A stretch of 27,568 nucleotides of DNA from Actinomycetes bacterium (GTDB taxonomy: Bacteria > Actinomycetota > Acidimicrobiia > Acidimicrobiales > WLNW01), in contig JANMVY010000115.1 in the NCBI GenBank assembly GCA_031393535.1, positions 1 to 27,568 on the forward strand, in the 5' to 3' direction. Below are positions 1-8,354 of this stretch, one piece after another. The notes beneath the pieces were generated by a model. That model was given only the letters and a program-made list of their open reading frames with translations, was not told the origin of the DNA and searched no databases. A program made the position numbers and the translations under genes. Positions within the stretch are counted from its first letter, which is position 1. Every line of letters begins with the position of its first letter.

Positions 1-142
1 GCAGGTGGCGAACCGCGGTGGACGCGGCGTCGCCGGCGTCGTTCCAGCCCTCGAACGCGGCCACGATGATGGGTCGACGAAGGAGCGGCTGGCGCGACCA
101 GTGGAGGTGTCGACCGTCTGCTGGCTCGGCAGGCTGAGGCAC
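1..142 (-). CDS. PAC2-family (proteasome assembly chaperone-like) protein, 5' part only; runs off the window edge
   Basis: Not in the ORF track. My translation from GTG at 142 gives VPQPAEPADGRHLHWSRQPLLRRPIIVAAFEGWNDAGDAASTAVRHL; AFEGWNDAGDAAS is the actinobacterial PAC2 N-terminal signature. TACCGT -10 box (150-155) lies 7 nt upstream of the GTG. Confidence 0.88.
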   Translation of the reverse strand, partial: MPQPAEPADGRHLHWSRQPLLRRPIIVAAFEGWNDAGDAASTAVRHL

Positions 143-218
143 GTGGAGAACGGTAGCGGCTCCACCCGGTGTTGCGACCGGCGCCAGATGCGGCCCATCG
201 ACTTATGCTGGGTTCGTC

Positions 219-650
219 ATGGTCACGATCGAGGAAGTCAAGAAGGTCGATGGCGAGCTGGTCAAGGCCTTCGAGCGCCTCACCCCGCAGCTCTCGTCGT
301 CCAATCCGCCGCCCACCGAGAAGGAGCTGGCGTCGATCGTGACATCACGTTCCACGGTGCTGTTCGTGGCCCGTGACGACGGCGAGATCGTGGGCAGCTT
401 GTCGCTCGTGTTGTTCCGCATCCCCACAGGCTTGCGAGCTTGGATCGAAGATGTCGTGGTCGATGGTGCGGCGCGTGGCAAGGGTGTGGGCGAAGCGTTG
501 AACCGGGCTGCTATCGAGCGTGCGTCGAAGGCCGGAGCGAAAACGGTCGACCTCACCTCGCGCCCGTCGCGTGAATCCGCGAATCGGCTCTACCAACGCC
601 TGGGGTTTCAGCTCCGCACCAGCAACGTCTACCGCTACGAACTCGACTGA
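219..650 (+). CDS. GNAT-family N-acetyltransferase
   Basis: 143 aa; acetyl-CoA-binding motif A (IEDVVVDGAARGKGVGEAL) and motif B (ANRLYQRLGF). TATGCT -10-like box at 204-209. Confidence 0.92.
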   Translation: MVTIEEVKKVDGELVKAFERLTPQLSSSNPPPTEKELASIVTSRSTVLFVARDDGEIVGSLSLVLFRIPTGLRAWIEDVVVDGAARGKGVGEALNRAAIERASKAGAKTVDLTSRPSRESANRLYQRLGFQLRTSNVYRYELD

Positions 651-684
651 CCCGGTGCGCGAATCGGCCGCGGGTGTTGCGACC

Positions 685-1743
685 TCAGTTCGCCTTCCGC
701 GCCGGTGGCACATAAGAACCGGGGGCCGGAGCGGACCATGGCGCCTGCGTCACGTAGTCGGCCACCGCAAGCGTGGTCGGCGGGCGGTACCCGACCGGTA
801 ACCACAGATCGCCGATCTGGCTGAGGTAGTAGATCTCCCACTGGTACACCACGTGGAACGAGCGCTCGTCGTCGTTGAAGAGGTCGGCATACGCCGAGAC
901 TGCGCGGACGTAGTTGCCATGGTTGTTGTAGCCCCGCAAGGCCTTGGCCATGTCGGCCGGCCCGCCGCGACGAACGAGGTACCGGGCCGCAGCTTGGATT
1001 GCGTCGTGCGGGTCACGGATGTCGCCTTGGCCGATGCCCTTCTCGTTCCAAGTCGACTGGAGGAACTGCATCGGGCCGATCGCCCCGGCCGTCGACAGGC
1101 CGCTGATCCGGCCCAGGCCGGATTCGACGAGGTTGATCGCGGCAAGGTATTGCCAACCGATGCCGGTGGTCGCCTCGGCCTCTTTGTAGTACCCGACCAG
1201 CGCGGCGACCGGTCTCGGTTCGATGATCTCCCAATCGGGGACCGTGTCACCGAGGGTGGTGCGCATCTCGAGGAACTCGCGGCGGGCTCGCAGGTGGGTC
1301 TGCACCACGGGCCGGAGGTCGGCGGGGACCGCCGCGAGCACCGCGTCGTCCCACTCGGGCTTGGTGCTGAGCGTGCGATACGCGAGCTGGTTGAGGTGGC
1401 CGAGGTCGGGCCGTGTGGTGTCGGCGGTCGCAGGATCACGGAGCCCCCGTTCGGTGCCCACGATCTGGGCCGCGAGCCCGGCCGGGCTGGTGGCCGCGCG
1501 GGGCGCGGCACGCCCATTGGGCGCGCGGTCAGGTGCGGTCACCGCGAGGGTGGTGACCGGCGCAGCGGTGCGCGTGGTCGCCGCCGCTGCGTTCGACGAC
1601 GTACGTGTCATGGTCGTGACGACCGTTGCGGCCGCGGTGGGCGAGTCGAGCGCCGCGGTGGCGTTGTTTGCGCAACCTGCGACTGCGCTCGCCGCGCTGA
1701 CCAACGAGGCGGCGAATCGCCGCGCGCGCATCGGGCCGGTCAT
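685..1743 (-). CDS. Lytic transglycosylase (SLT domain) lipoprotein
   Basis: C-terminal part of ORF 685..2394. ATG at 1743 overlaps the upstream TGA (ATGA). Lipobox VAGC, Thr/Ala-rich linker, catalytic Glu in AAINLVESG, GAIGPMQFLQSTW and YNN motifs. Confidence 0.88.
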   Translation of the reverse strand: MTGPMRARRFAASLVSAASAVAGCANNATAALDSPTAAATVVTTMTRTSSNAAAATTRTAAPVTTLAVTAPDRAPNGRAAPRAATSPAGLAAQIVGTERGLRDPATADTTRPDLGHLNQLAYRTLSTKPEWDDAVLAAVPADLRPVVQTHLRARREFLEMRTTLGDTVPDWEIIEPRPVAALVGYYKEAEATTGIGWQYLAAINLVESGLGRISGLSTAGAIGPMQFLQSTWNEKGIGQGDIRDPHDAIQAAARYLVRRGGPADMAKALRGYNNHGNYVRAVSAYADLFNDDERSFHVVYQWEIYYLSQIGDLWLPVGYRPPTTLAVADYVTQAPWSAPAPGSYVPPARKAN

Positions 1744-3005
1744 GCCGCGGCGATCTTCGCGATCGCTCCCGAAAGCGACAGCGTGTAGAGCTCGCCTGCG
1801 TTGTCCTGCCCGAAGGACACGAGCGCACTCCTGCCCACGTTGATCCCGAGGCTCACGCGTTCGTACGTCTCCCCCTTTGGTACCAGCGCAAAGACGGTGC
1901 CCTCGCAGTAGTCGCCGAAGACGTACGCGCCTGCGAGCCCGGCAAGGGCTCGGCCCCGATAGACGAATCCGCCGATGACCGAGCACGAACCGTTGCTGCG
2001 GTCGTAGTCGAACACGGGTCCGACCGAACCCGCCGGAGCATCGCCGCGGAACTTGTGGCTGCCTTCGCGCAGGGGCCATTGCAGGTTCGCGCCTTTGCCG
2101 CGCGCGGGCGCCGGTAAGCGGTCGATCTCCTCGTAGGCGTTCTGACCGACATCGCCGATCCACAGGTCGCCGTTGGCGCGGTCGAAGCTCCAGCGCCACG
2201 GGTTGCGTACGCCGTAGAGCCAGATCTCGGGCCGCCCGCCGCCCGCTACGAAGGGGTTGTCGGGGGGGATCGAGTACGCGCCCGCGCCTCGGCCGCTCGG
2301 GTCGATACGCAACATCGAGCCGAGGAGCGTGTTCGTGTTCTGCGCGTTGGCGAACTGGTCGCCGGATCCACCTCCGTCGCCGAGGCCGAGCCACAAGAAG
2401 CCGTCGGGGCCGAACGCGATGTTGCCGCCGTTGTGGTTTCCGGCCGGTTGCACGGCCTGCAACACGATGCGTCGCGAGCCCATGTCGACGGTGTCACCGG
2501 TGACACCGAATTCGTCGATGCGCGTGTTGCTCGCGGAGTCGGTGTAGCTCGCGTACAACCGCCGGCCGTCGGGGGAGAACGCGATTCCGAGAAGACCTTT
2601 TTCGAAGTCGGTCGTCACGTCCGCTGCGATGTCGAGAATGGGCGCGCCGAGCACTCCGTCGGTGGCCAACGGGCGGACGCGACCGGCTCGCTCGGCGATG
2701 TAGCGCGCGTCGGTACCGGCGCGGGGGACGAGCACGAGCGGTGCGTTGGCGGTCGCGACGGGCGCGAGCGCGATCTTAGTCGCACGGACACCGGCCGCAG
2801 TGGCCACGGCGGGCGGGGTCGTGTCGGGTGAGGCGTTCGCTCGCGACGCGGTGGGCGCCACGCTGGTCGTGTTCGGCCGCGGGATCGTGGTCGCGACGGT
2901 GCCGGTCGGGGCGGTGACGACGCGCGGGCCGCCGCTGCAACCCACCGCAACCATCGCGAGCGCGAATACGGCGAACATCGCGCGCCGAGCGCGCCGGTGG
3001 CTCAT
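1740..3005 (-). CDS. PQQ-dependent glucose/sorbosone dehydrogenase (GSDH-family beta-propeller), probable lipoprotein
   Basis: 421 aa; signal peptide ending AVGC, Thr/Pro linker, EKGLLGIAFSPD, HNGGNIAFGPDGFLWLGLGDGG, YGVRNPWRWSFD and GDVGQNAYEEID motifs. Confidence 0.9.
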   Translation of the reverse strand: MSHRRARRAMFAVFALAMVAVGCSGGPRVVTAPTGTVATTIPRPNTTSVAPTASRANASPDTTPPAVATAAGVRATKIALAPVATANAPLVLVPRAGTDARYIAERAGRVRPLATDGVLGAPILDIAADVTTDFEKGLLGIAFSPDGRRLYASYTDSASNTRIDEFGVTGDTVDMGSRRIVLQAVQPAGNHNGGNIAFGPDGFLWLGLGDGGGSGDQFANAQNTNTLLGSMLRIDPSGRGAGAYSIPPDNPFVAGGGRPEIWLYGVRNPWRWSFDRANGDLWIGDVGQNAYEEIDRLPAPARGKGANLQWPLREGSHKFRGDAPAGSVGPVFDYDRSNGSCSVIGGFVYRGRALAGLAGAYVFGDYCEGTVFALVPKGETYERVSLGINVGRSALVSFGQDNAGELYTLSLSGAIAKIAAA

Positions 3006-3895
3006 CGGTCGATCCGGCGAATGAGGCCTTCTTGCACCACCGATGCCACGAGCACACCGTCACTGCGGAACACCGATCCGCGGGCCAGCCCTCGCCCGCC
3101 CGACGCAGCGGTGGTCTCCTGGTCATAGAGCAACCACGCGTCAGCCCGGAACGGTTGATGGAACCACATCGCGTGGTCGAGGCTCGCGAGCTGGATGCTC
3201 TCGTTGAGCGAACTCGTGCCGTGGGGGAGCAGGGTGGTGTCGAGCAGCGTCATATCGGACGCGTAGGTCAGCAGGCAGGTGTGCAAGACGTGGTCGTCGG
3301 GCAGTTTGCCGTCGGCGCGGAGCCACACCTGTTGGCGCATGGTGGACGTGCCGGCGCGCATGAACGGCAATCCGCTGGCGTAGCGCAGGTCGATCGCCCG
3401 CGGCCGCTCCCAGCGCTCGCCGATCCCCTCCGCGACGGGTGCCCATTGCGTCTTCCAGTCGGGCAACGACTCGGGAGCGGGCACCTCGGGCATGGTCAGT
3501 TGATGCTCGAACCCCGGCTCGTGCACGTGAAAGCTGGCTGCGAGGTTGAAGATGGCTCGACCGTGTTGGATGCCCACGACGCGGCGGGTGGTGAACGAAC
3601 GACCGTCGCGGATGCGGTCGACCTGATAGAGGATCGGCACTTTCGGATCGCCGGCCCGAAGGAAGTACGCGTGCAACGAGTGCACCGTGCGGTCGGGTTC
3701 GACGGTGCGGGCTGCGGCCACGAGTGCCTGCCCCGCGACTTGTCCGCCGAAGACCCGTTGGAGCGACTCGTCGGGGCTGCGCCCACGGAAGATGTTGACC
3801 TCGATCGCCTCGAGATCGAGCAGGCGGACCACGGCGTCGACCGCGGCCTGGGACTCGATTGCGTCGTCGGGCGGGGGCACGGGTGGTGGCTGCAC
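3002..3895 (-). CDS. tesB: Acyl-CoA thioesterase II
   Basis: FGGQVAGQAL, HSLHAYFL, DRIRDGRSF, YASDMTLL and ASLDHAMWFH double-hotdog motifs. Start placed at GTG 3895 (CATGAT box 6 nt upstream); GTG 3880 is an alternative. Confidence 0.93.
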   Translation of the reverse strand: MQPPPVPPPDDAIESQAAVDAVVRLLDLEAIEVNIFRGRSPDESLQRVFGGQVAGQALVAAARTVEPDRTVHSLHAYFLRAGDPKVPILYQVDRIRDGRSFTTRRVVGIQHGRAIFNLAASFHVHEPGFEHQLTMPEVPAPESLPDWKTQWAPVAEGIGERWERPRAIDLRYASGLPFMRAGTSTMRQQVWLRADGKLPDDHVLHTCLLTYASDMTLLDTTLLPHGTSSLNESIQLASLDHAMWFHQPFRADAWLLYDQETTAASGGRGLARGSVFRSDGVLVASVVQEGLIRRIDR

Positions 3896-3964
3896 TCGCC
3901 CATCATGCCGGGCGCGCGTCGACGTGGCGCCGCGCGAGGCCGACGGCTCGTTACCCTCGGAGGC

Positions 3965-4396
3965 GTGCTCAGCAGCCTCTGGTCGCGCTACGGCGCCAAG
4001 CTCTTCCGCTATTTCGGCGTCTCTGCGTTCAATGTCGTCTTCGGGCAGAGCCTCCTCGCGCTCTTCTACAGCGTGTTCGACTGGCGGGCCTGGCTCGCGA
4101 ACCTTCTTGCGGTGTGCATCAGTGCCGGACCCGCATACTGGATGAGCCGGCACTGGGTGTGGGAGCAGTCGGGTTCGCACAGCGTGCGTTCGGAGATTGC
4201 GCCGTTCTGGGGGCTCGCGTTGCTCGGCCTCGGCATCTCCACCGTCACCACGTCGTTCGCCGACCATCGCTGGCACACGGGTCTCGCCGTGCAGGCCGCG
4301 AGCATCGCGGCGTTCGGGTCCGTGTGGGTGTTCAAGTTCTTCGTGCTCGAACACCTGATGTGGAAGCAGCCGACCGAGGTGCCGTCCACACCATGA
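3965..4396 (+). CDS. GtrA-family small membrane protein (about 4 TM)
   Basis: 143 aa from GTG 3965 with TACCCT (3952-3957) 7 nt upstream. KLFRYFGVSAFNVV start, ANLLAVCIS...YWMSRHWVW core and four hydrophobic segments are typical of GtrA. Its TGA overlaps the next ATG. Confidence 0.82.
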   Translation: MLSSLWSRYGAKLFRYFGVSAFNVVFGQSLLALFYSVFDWRAWLANLLAVCISAGPAYWMSRHWVWEQSGSHSVRSEIAPFWGLALLGLGISTVTTSFADHRWHTGLAVQAASIAAFGSVWVFKFFVLEHLMWKQPTEVPSTP

Positions 4397-5076
4397 CTGC
4401 GCCGCCCGCGACGCCCGCGACGCCCGCGCCGCCCGCGCCGCCCGCGATGCCCGCGCACCTGCGCGTGTTCGCCGAGGCGGCGCGTGGGTTCATGCCTTCT
4501 GACGAAGGGCTCGCACTGCACGACGCTGCGGCTTCGGTACAGGTGGCCGGGCCGTTCCTCGAGATCGGTGGCTACTGCGGCAAGTCCGCGGTGTATCTCG
4601 GCGCGGCGGCCCGTGCGCAGGCCCGGGTTCTCTACTCCGTCGACCATCATCGTGGCTCCGAGGAGAACCAGCCCGGGTGGCAGTGGCACGAACCCGATCT
4701 CGTCGACGAGCGTGTCGGCCGCATCGACACGATGCCGGCCTTTCGGCGCACAATCTTCGACGCGGGGCTCGAGGACACGGTGGTCGCGGTGGTGGGCGAC
4801 TCGCCGACGGTGGCCGCGCACTGGGCCACGCCGCTCGCCCTGCTGTTCATCGACGGGGGCCACGGTCACGAGCCGGCACATCGCGACTACGAACGTTGGG
4901 CGCCCCACGTGCGGCTCGGGGGCACGCTGGTGATTCATGACGTGTTCCCGAACCCGACTGACGGCGGCCGCCCGCCATTCGAGATCTATTGTCGGGCGCT
5001 CGACTCCGCCGCGTTCACCGAGGTTGTCGCCGTCGGCTCGCTTCGCGTGTTGCGCCGCACCCGCCCGGGTATCTGA
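4393..5076 (+). CDS. meT1: Class I SAM-dependent methyltransferase (Methyltransf_24), MeT1-like MMP 1-O-methyltransferase
   Basis: GFMPxDEG, LEIGGYCGKS, VDHHRGSEENQPGW, LFIDGGH and IHDVFPxPxDGGRPPF match, in order, the motifs I recall for mycobacterial MeT1. The neighbouring manT/mmpH-like genes support the call. Confidence 0.8.
   Translation: MTAPPATPATPAPPAPPAMPAHLRVFAEAARGFMPSDEGLALHDAAASVQVAGPFLEIGGYCGKSAVYLGAAARAQARVLYSVDHHRGSEENQPGWQWHEPDLVDERVGRIDTMPAFRRTIFDAGLEDTVVAVVGDSPTVAAHWATPLALLFIDGGHGHEPAHRDYERWAPHVRLGGTLVIHDVFPNPTDGGRPPFEIYCRALDSAAFTEVVAVGSLRVLRRTRPGI
4399..4455 (+). repeat. In-frame 9-bp tandem repeat, GCG-(C/A)(C/T)G-CCC x6 plus GCG, encoding APP-ATP-ATP-APP-APP-AMP-A
   Basis: Read directly: gcgccgccc gcgacgccc gcgacgccc gcgccgccc gcgccgccc gcgatgccc gcg. 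Confidence 0.9.
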
Positions 5077-5095
5077 GTTGACCGCCGCACGGACC

Positions 5096-5115
5096 CGCGC
5101 GCCACGTGTCGCGCG
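5096..5115. terminator. Possible bidirectional hairpin between convergent meT1 and mmpH
   Basis: CGCGCG-ccacgtgt-CGCGCG in the 47-nt gap between converging stops. There is no U-tract and the sequence is low-complexity. Confidence 0.3.
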
Positions 5116-5123
5116 CGCGCCCG

Positions 5124-6188
5124 TCAGTGTTCGCGGCTGAGGTCCTCGTCGCTGATGACGATCTCGGGCAGCGTGTCGTGGTGCGAGAACAAGCCGCTCG
5201 CCGGTGTTGCTCCTGCGAGAGCGTCGGCGCACAGCACCACCGCGGCCGCGGTGTACGACGACATCTCGCCATCGGGGTAATGCACGACTTCGGGATACAC
5301 GGTGCCGGTCCAGTAACGGCCGTCGTCGAGGCGCATCTGCTGCGCCCAACCGAACAGCTCGCGTGCACTTGCGTCGTTGCCCACACCTAGTTGCGCGAGC
5401 GCGAGCTCGCACGTCTCGGCTGCTGTTACCCAGGGGCGGTCGCTGACGCACTTCACGCCGTGGCCGGGGAGGATGAAGCTGTGCCAGCGTGCTGCGAGAT
5501 GCGCGATTGCTTCGTCGCCCGAGATCGCGCCCGACAACACCGGGTAGTACCAGTCCATCGCCCAACGGTTCTTCGGCGCGAACGCTCCGTCGGGTCGCGC
5601 CCGGATGACTGCGGCGAGGCTCGCGAGGCTGAGCTCCCAGTCGAGGCGCTCCTCGCCCAGCTGATGCGCGACCGCGAGCGCACACCGCAACGAATGGCAG
5701 ATCGATGACGAACCGGTGAGCAGCGCGAACGACCACGGTGTTCCGTCGGGGTGGCGTGCCCAGATGATCTCGCCGCGTGGCGTCTGGAGGTCGAGCACGA
5801 AATCGAAGGCCCGCTCGACTGTGGGCCACAGGGACTCGAGAAATCCGCGATCGTGCGTGAGGAGCCAGTGGTGCCAGACGCCCGCGGCGACGTATGCAGT
5901 GACGTTCGCTTCGAGTTTGTCCTGTTCGACTCGATCGGCGAGGTAGTAGTGATGCCAGGCGCCGTCGGGCCGCTGCATTCTCATCAGCCAGTCGAACGCT
6001 CGCTCGGCTTCGGACCGGCGGCCGCCGACGAGCAACGCCATCGCGGCCTCGACGTGGTTCCACGGATCCGCGTGGCCGCCGGGGAACCACGGGATCATGC
6101 CGTTGGGTAGCTGGAGTGCGGCGATCGTGTCGACGGTGGCCGCGAGCTCGTCGGCCCGCAGGATGCCGGGGACCTCAAGCGAGGGCAT
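5124..6188 (-). CDS. mmpH: (alpha/alpha)6-barrel glycoside hydrolase, MmpH-like (often auto-annotated prenyltransferase/squalene oxidase repeat protein)
   Basis: 354 aa; IPWFPGGHADPWNHVEAAMAL, YVAAGVWHH, ALLTGSSSI, RWAMDWYYPVL, CVSDRPWVTAAETCEL and YWTG match my recollection of mycobacterial MmpH. Start overlaps the upstream methyltransferase stop. Confidence 0.75.
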   Translation of the reverse strand: MPSLEVPGILRADELAATVDTIAALQLPNGMIPWFPGGHADPWNHVEAAMALLVGGRRSEAERAFDWLMRMQRPDGAWHHYYLADRVEQDKLEANVTAYVAAGVWHHWLLTHDRGFLESLWPTVERAFDFVLDLQTPRGEIIWARHPDGTPWSFALLTGSSSICHSLRCALAVAHQLGEERLDWELSLASLAAVIRARPDGAFAPKNRWAMDWYYPVLSGAISGDEAIAHLAARWHSFILPGHGVKCVSDRPWVTAAETCELALAQLGVGNDASARELFGWAQQMRLDDGRYWTGTVYPEVVHYPDGEMSSYTAAAVVLCADALAGATPASGLFSHHDTLPEIVISDEDLSREH

Positions 6189-6948
6189 ACGTGCTCCGTG
6201 AGGTGGCCGGCGCGGCCGCGGTGCGAATGGGTTTGGTGGCGTAGACGATCAGGCTTTTACCGATCATCGGGTTGAGCACCCGGTCGGCGAGCCGCGTCGA
6301 CCGTGGTGCCTTTGCGATGTCCCAGCACAGGAACCGGTGGTAGGCGCGCACGAGCGTGTGGTCGTCGATGGGGCGGTTCGGCCCCACGGCGCAGCGAAGC
6401 CACCAGTAGGGCGCATGCAGCCCGTGCGCATGGTGCGATCGACCGGGAACGAGGCCGGCGGAGCGCATCTTCTCTCGCACCTCGGTTCTCGCGTAGATGC
6501 GGACGTGTCCGCCCGGCACCGCCGGCGCGTGGTAGTCGTCGGACAAAAGCCAGCACACCTTCTCGGCGAGTCGGGCCGGGACGGTGACCGCCATGGTGCC
6601 ACCGGGCCTCAGCACCCGAGCGAGCTCGGCGAAGGCCGCATCGTCATCGGGGATGTGCTCGAGCACCTCGCTCGCAAGCACGCGATCGAATGAGTTGTCC
6701 GGGAACGGTAGACGTGTCGCGTCGCCGTTCACCGACTGACAGGTGACTCCGTCGGGTAACTCACTGGCTTCGCGCATGCCTGCGAACACCGCGTGAACCT
6801 GCTGCAACTCGGTGAGGCCGAGGTCGCACGCGATCACGCTGGCACCGCGACGCATCGCCTCGTATGCGTGGCGGCCGAAGCCACAACCGAGGTCGAGCAT
6901 GCGTTCACCGGCGCGTAGACCGAGACGGTCGTAGTCGACGGTGATCAT
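6175..6948 (-). CDS. Class I SAM-dependent methyltransferase (Methyltransf_11), putative MMP 3-O-methyltransferase
   Basis: 257 aa; motif I MLDLGCGFGRH, DATRLPFPDNSFD, SEVLEHIPDD and LRPGG. MITVDYDRL start and GGHVRIY match the methyltransferase that sits between manT and mmpH. ATGA coupling to manT. The 3-O activity is inferred from context. Confidence 0.85.
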   Translation of the reverse strand: MITVDYDRLGLRAGERMLDLGCGFGRHAYEAMRRGASVIACDLGLTELQQVHAVFAGMREASELPDGVTCQSVNGDATRLPFPDNSFDRVLASEVLEHIPDDDAAFAELARVLRPGGTMAVTVPARLAEKVCWLLSDDYHAPAVPGGHVRIYARTEVREKMRSAGLVPGRSHHAHGLHAPYWWLRCAVGPNRPIDDHTLVRAYHRFLCWDIAKAPRSTRLADRVLNPMIGKSLIVYATKPIRTAAAPATSRSTYALA

Positions 6949-8219
6949 GCGCGGCGACCGTGACTCGCCGCCCCGTGCTCGTCGAGCACGGCCCGGTAGT
7001 GCTCGACGGTGCGTGCCGCGGTGTGCTTCCAGCTCCAGTTATCGACCACGCGTTGGCGACCCGCCGCGCCGACGCGTGCCCGCAGCACTGGGTCGTCGAG
7101 CGCGATGCGCATCATCGCGGCGAGCGCTTCGGCGTCACCCGGGGGCACGAGGAAGCAGGTCTCGTTGTGGATGCCTGCTACTTCGGGCAACGCGCCCCCG
7201 GTGGTCGCGAGCAGCGGTACGCCGGACGACATCGCTTCGACCGCAGGCAGGGAGAAACCCTCGTACAGCGAAGGTACGACCGCGAGCGTGCATTCGCTGT
7301 AGAGCTCGACGATGCGCTGATCGCTCACGCCGTGCACGAACGTGACGATGTCGTTCAGGCCGTACTGCTCGATGAGCTGTGGCGTGCGACTCTCACTGCG
7401 GGGCTTGCCGATGATGACGAGCTCGACGTTGCGTTCGGTGCGCAGCTTCGCCATGGCGTCGAGGAGGTACTTGAGGCCCTTGAGCGTGACGTCGCTCGAG
7501 GTGGTGCACAGGATGCGGCCCGGTGCCCGTTCGACACCCGGAACCGGTTTGAAGATGTCGGGATCGACCCCCACGGGCACGACGTGCATGCGATCGAGCG
7601 GCACCTGGTAGTCGGCATGGATATCGTGCTTCGACGACTCCGACACCGTGAGCACGTGCGTCATGCGCCGCGCGACCTGCGACTGCATCTTGGTGAACGC
7701 GTACCAGCGGCGCTTGCCGACTTTGTCCCAAAGCGAGTGCGCGTGCTCGAGCTCGAGACGACGGTCGACGCTGATCGGGTGATGGATCGTCTCGAGGATC
7801 GGCCAGCCCGCGCGTTGCAGGGCGAGGATGCCCCAGCCGAGGGTCTGGTTGTCGTGGACGAGGTCGAACTCGTGGCGACGCTTGCGTAGCGCACCGTAGG
7901 CCCGCCAGCTGAAGGCCATCGGTTCGGGGAAATTGCCGGTCGCGAAGGACGCGGCCTCGACCACGTCGTACACCGATTTCCATTCGAAGAACCGCGGCTT
8001 ACGGGCCGGGAAGAAGTCGTTGTAGGTGTCGAGGCTCGGCAACTTGTGCAGCGCGACCCGCGGATCGACCTCGGGATAGGGCTGACCCGCGAAGATCTCG
8101 ATGTGATGGCCGAGGTCGGCGAGCGCTTTCGCGAGGTGGCGGACGTAGACACCCTGGCCGCCCACGGTGGGCTTGCCTCGATAGGTCAAGAGCGCGAGGC
8201 GGAGTGCGGAGTCGGTCAC
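6945..8219 (-). CDS. manT: GT4 glycosyltransferase, ManT-like alpha-(1->4)-mannosyltransferase
   Basis: LALLTYRGKPTVGGQGVYVRHL, GQPYP, FPEPxxFS, DLVHDNQxLG, HHPI, RRWYxFxxMQ, LKG and PSLYEGFSLPAVEAM (GT4 ExxxxxxxE). Start set at GTG 8219, where the family N-terminus begins. TACCAT -10-like box at 8293-8298. Confidence 0.8.
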   Translation of the reverse strand: MTDSALRLALLTYRGKPTVGGQGVYVRHLAKALADLGHHIEIFAGQPYPEVDPRVALHKLPSLDTYNDFFPARKPRFFEWKSVYDVVEAASFATGNFPEPMAFSWRAYGALRKRRHEFDLVHDNQTLGWGILALQRAGWPILETIHHPISVDRRLELEHAHSLWDKVGKRRWYAFTKMQSQVARRMTHVLTVSESSKHDIHADYQVPLDRMHVVPVGVDPDIFKPVPGVERAPGRILCTTSSDVTLKGLKYLLDAMAKLRTERNVELVIIGKPRSESRTPQLIEQYGLNDIVTFVHGVSDQRIVELYSECTLAVVPSLYEGFSLPAVEAMSSGVPLLATTGGALPEVAGIHNETCFLVPPGDAEALAAMMRIALDDPVLRARVGAAGRQRVVDNWSWKHTAARTVEHYRAVLDEHGAASHGRRA

Positions 8220-8354
8220 GGGCTGTCCGGTCGGGTTGGGCCGTTGCGTACGGCGTTGCACCGACGATGACCGCGAGAGAATACCGGCTTGGATGGTACC
8301 GGCCCGACGGCACGGTCGCGCCACGGAGTCGGTGACCGAGCGCGGCGAGCGGGG

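Noticed and set aside
5124-6188. Calling this gene a prenyltransferase or squalene-hopene cyclase
   Set aside because: It has no DxDD motif, is far too short for a cyclase, and both motifs and context fit an MmpH-like glycoside hydrolase.
8207-8336. 12/13-nt direct repeat CGGAGTCGGT(C/G)AC at the manT start and just past the lnt stop
   Set aside because: Only two copies, plausible by chance at this GC content, and no sign of a target-site duplication or element between them.
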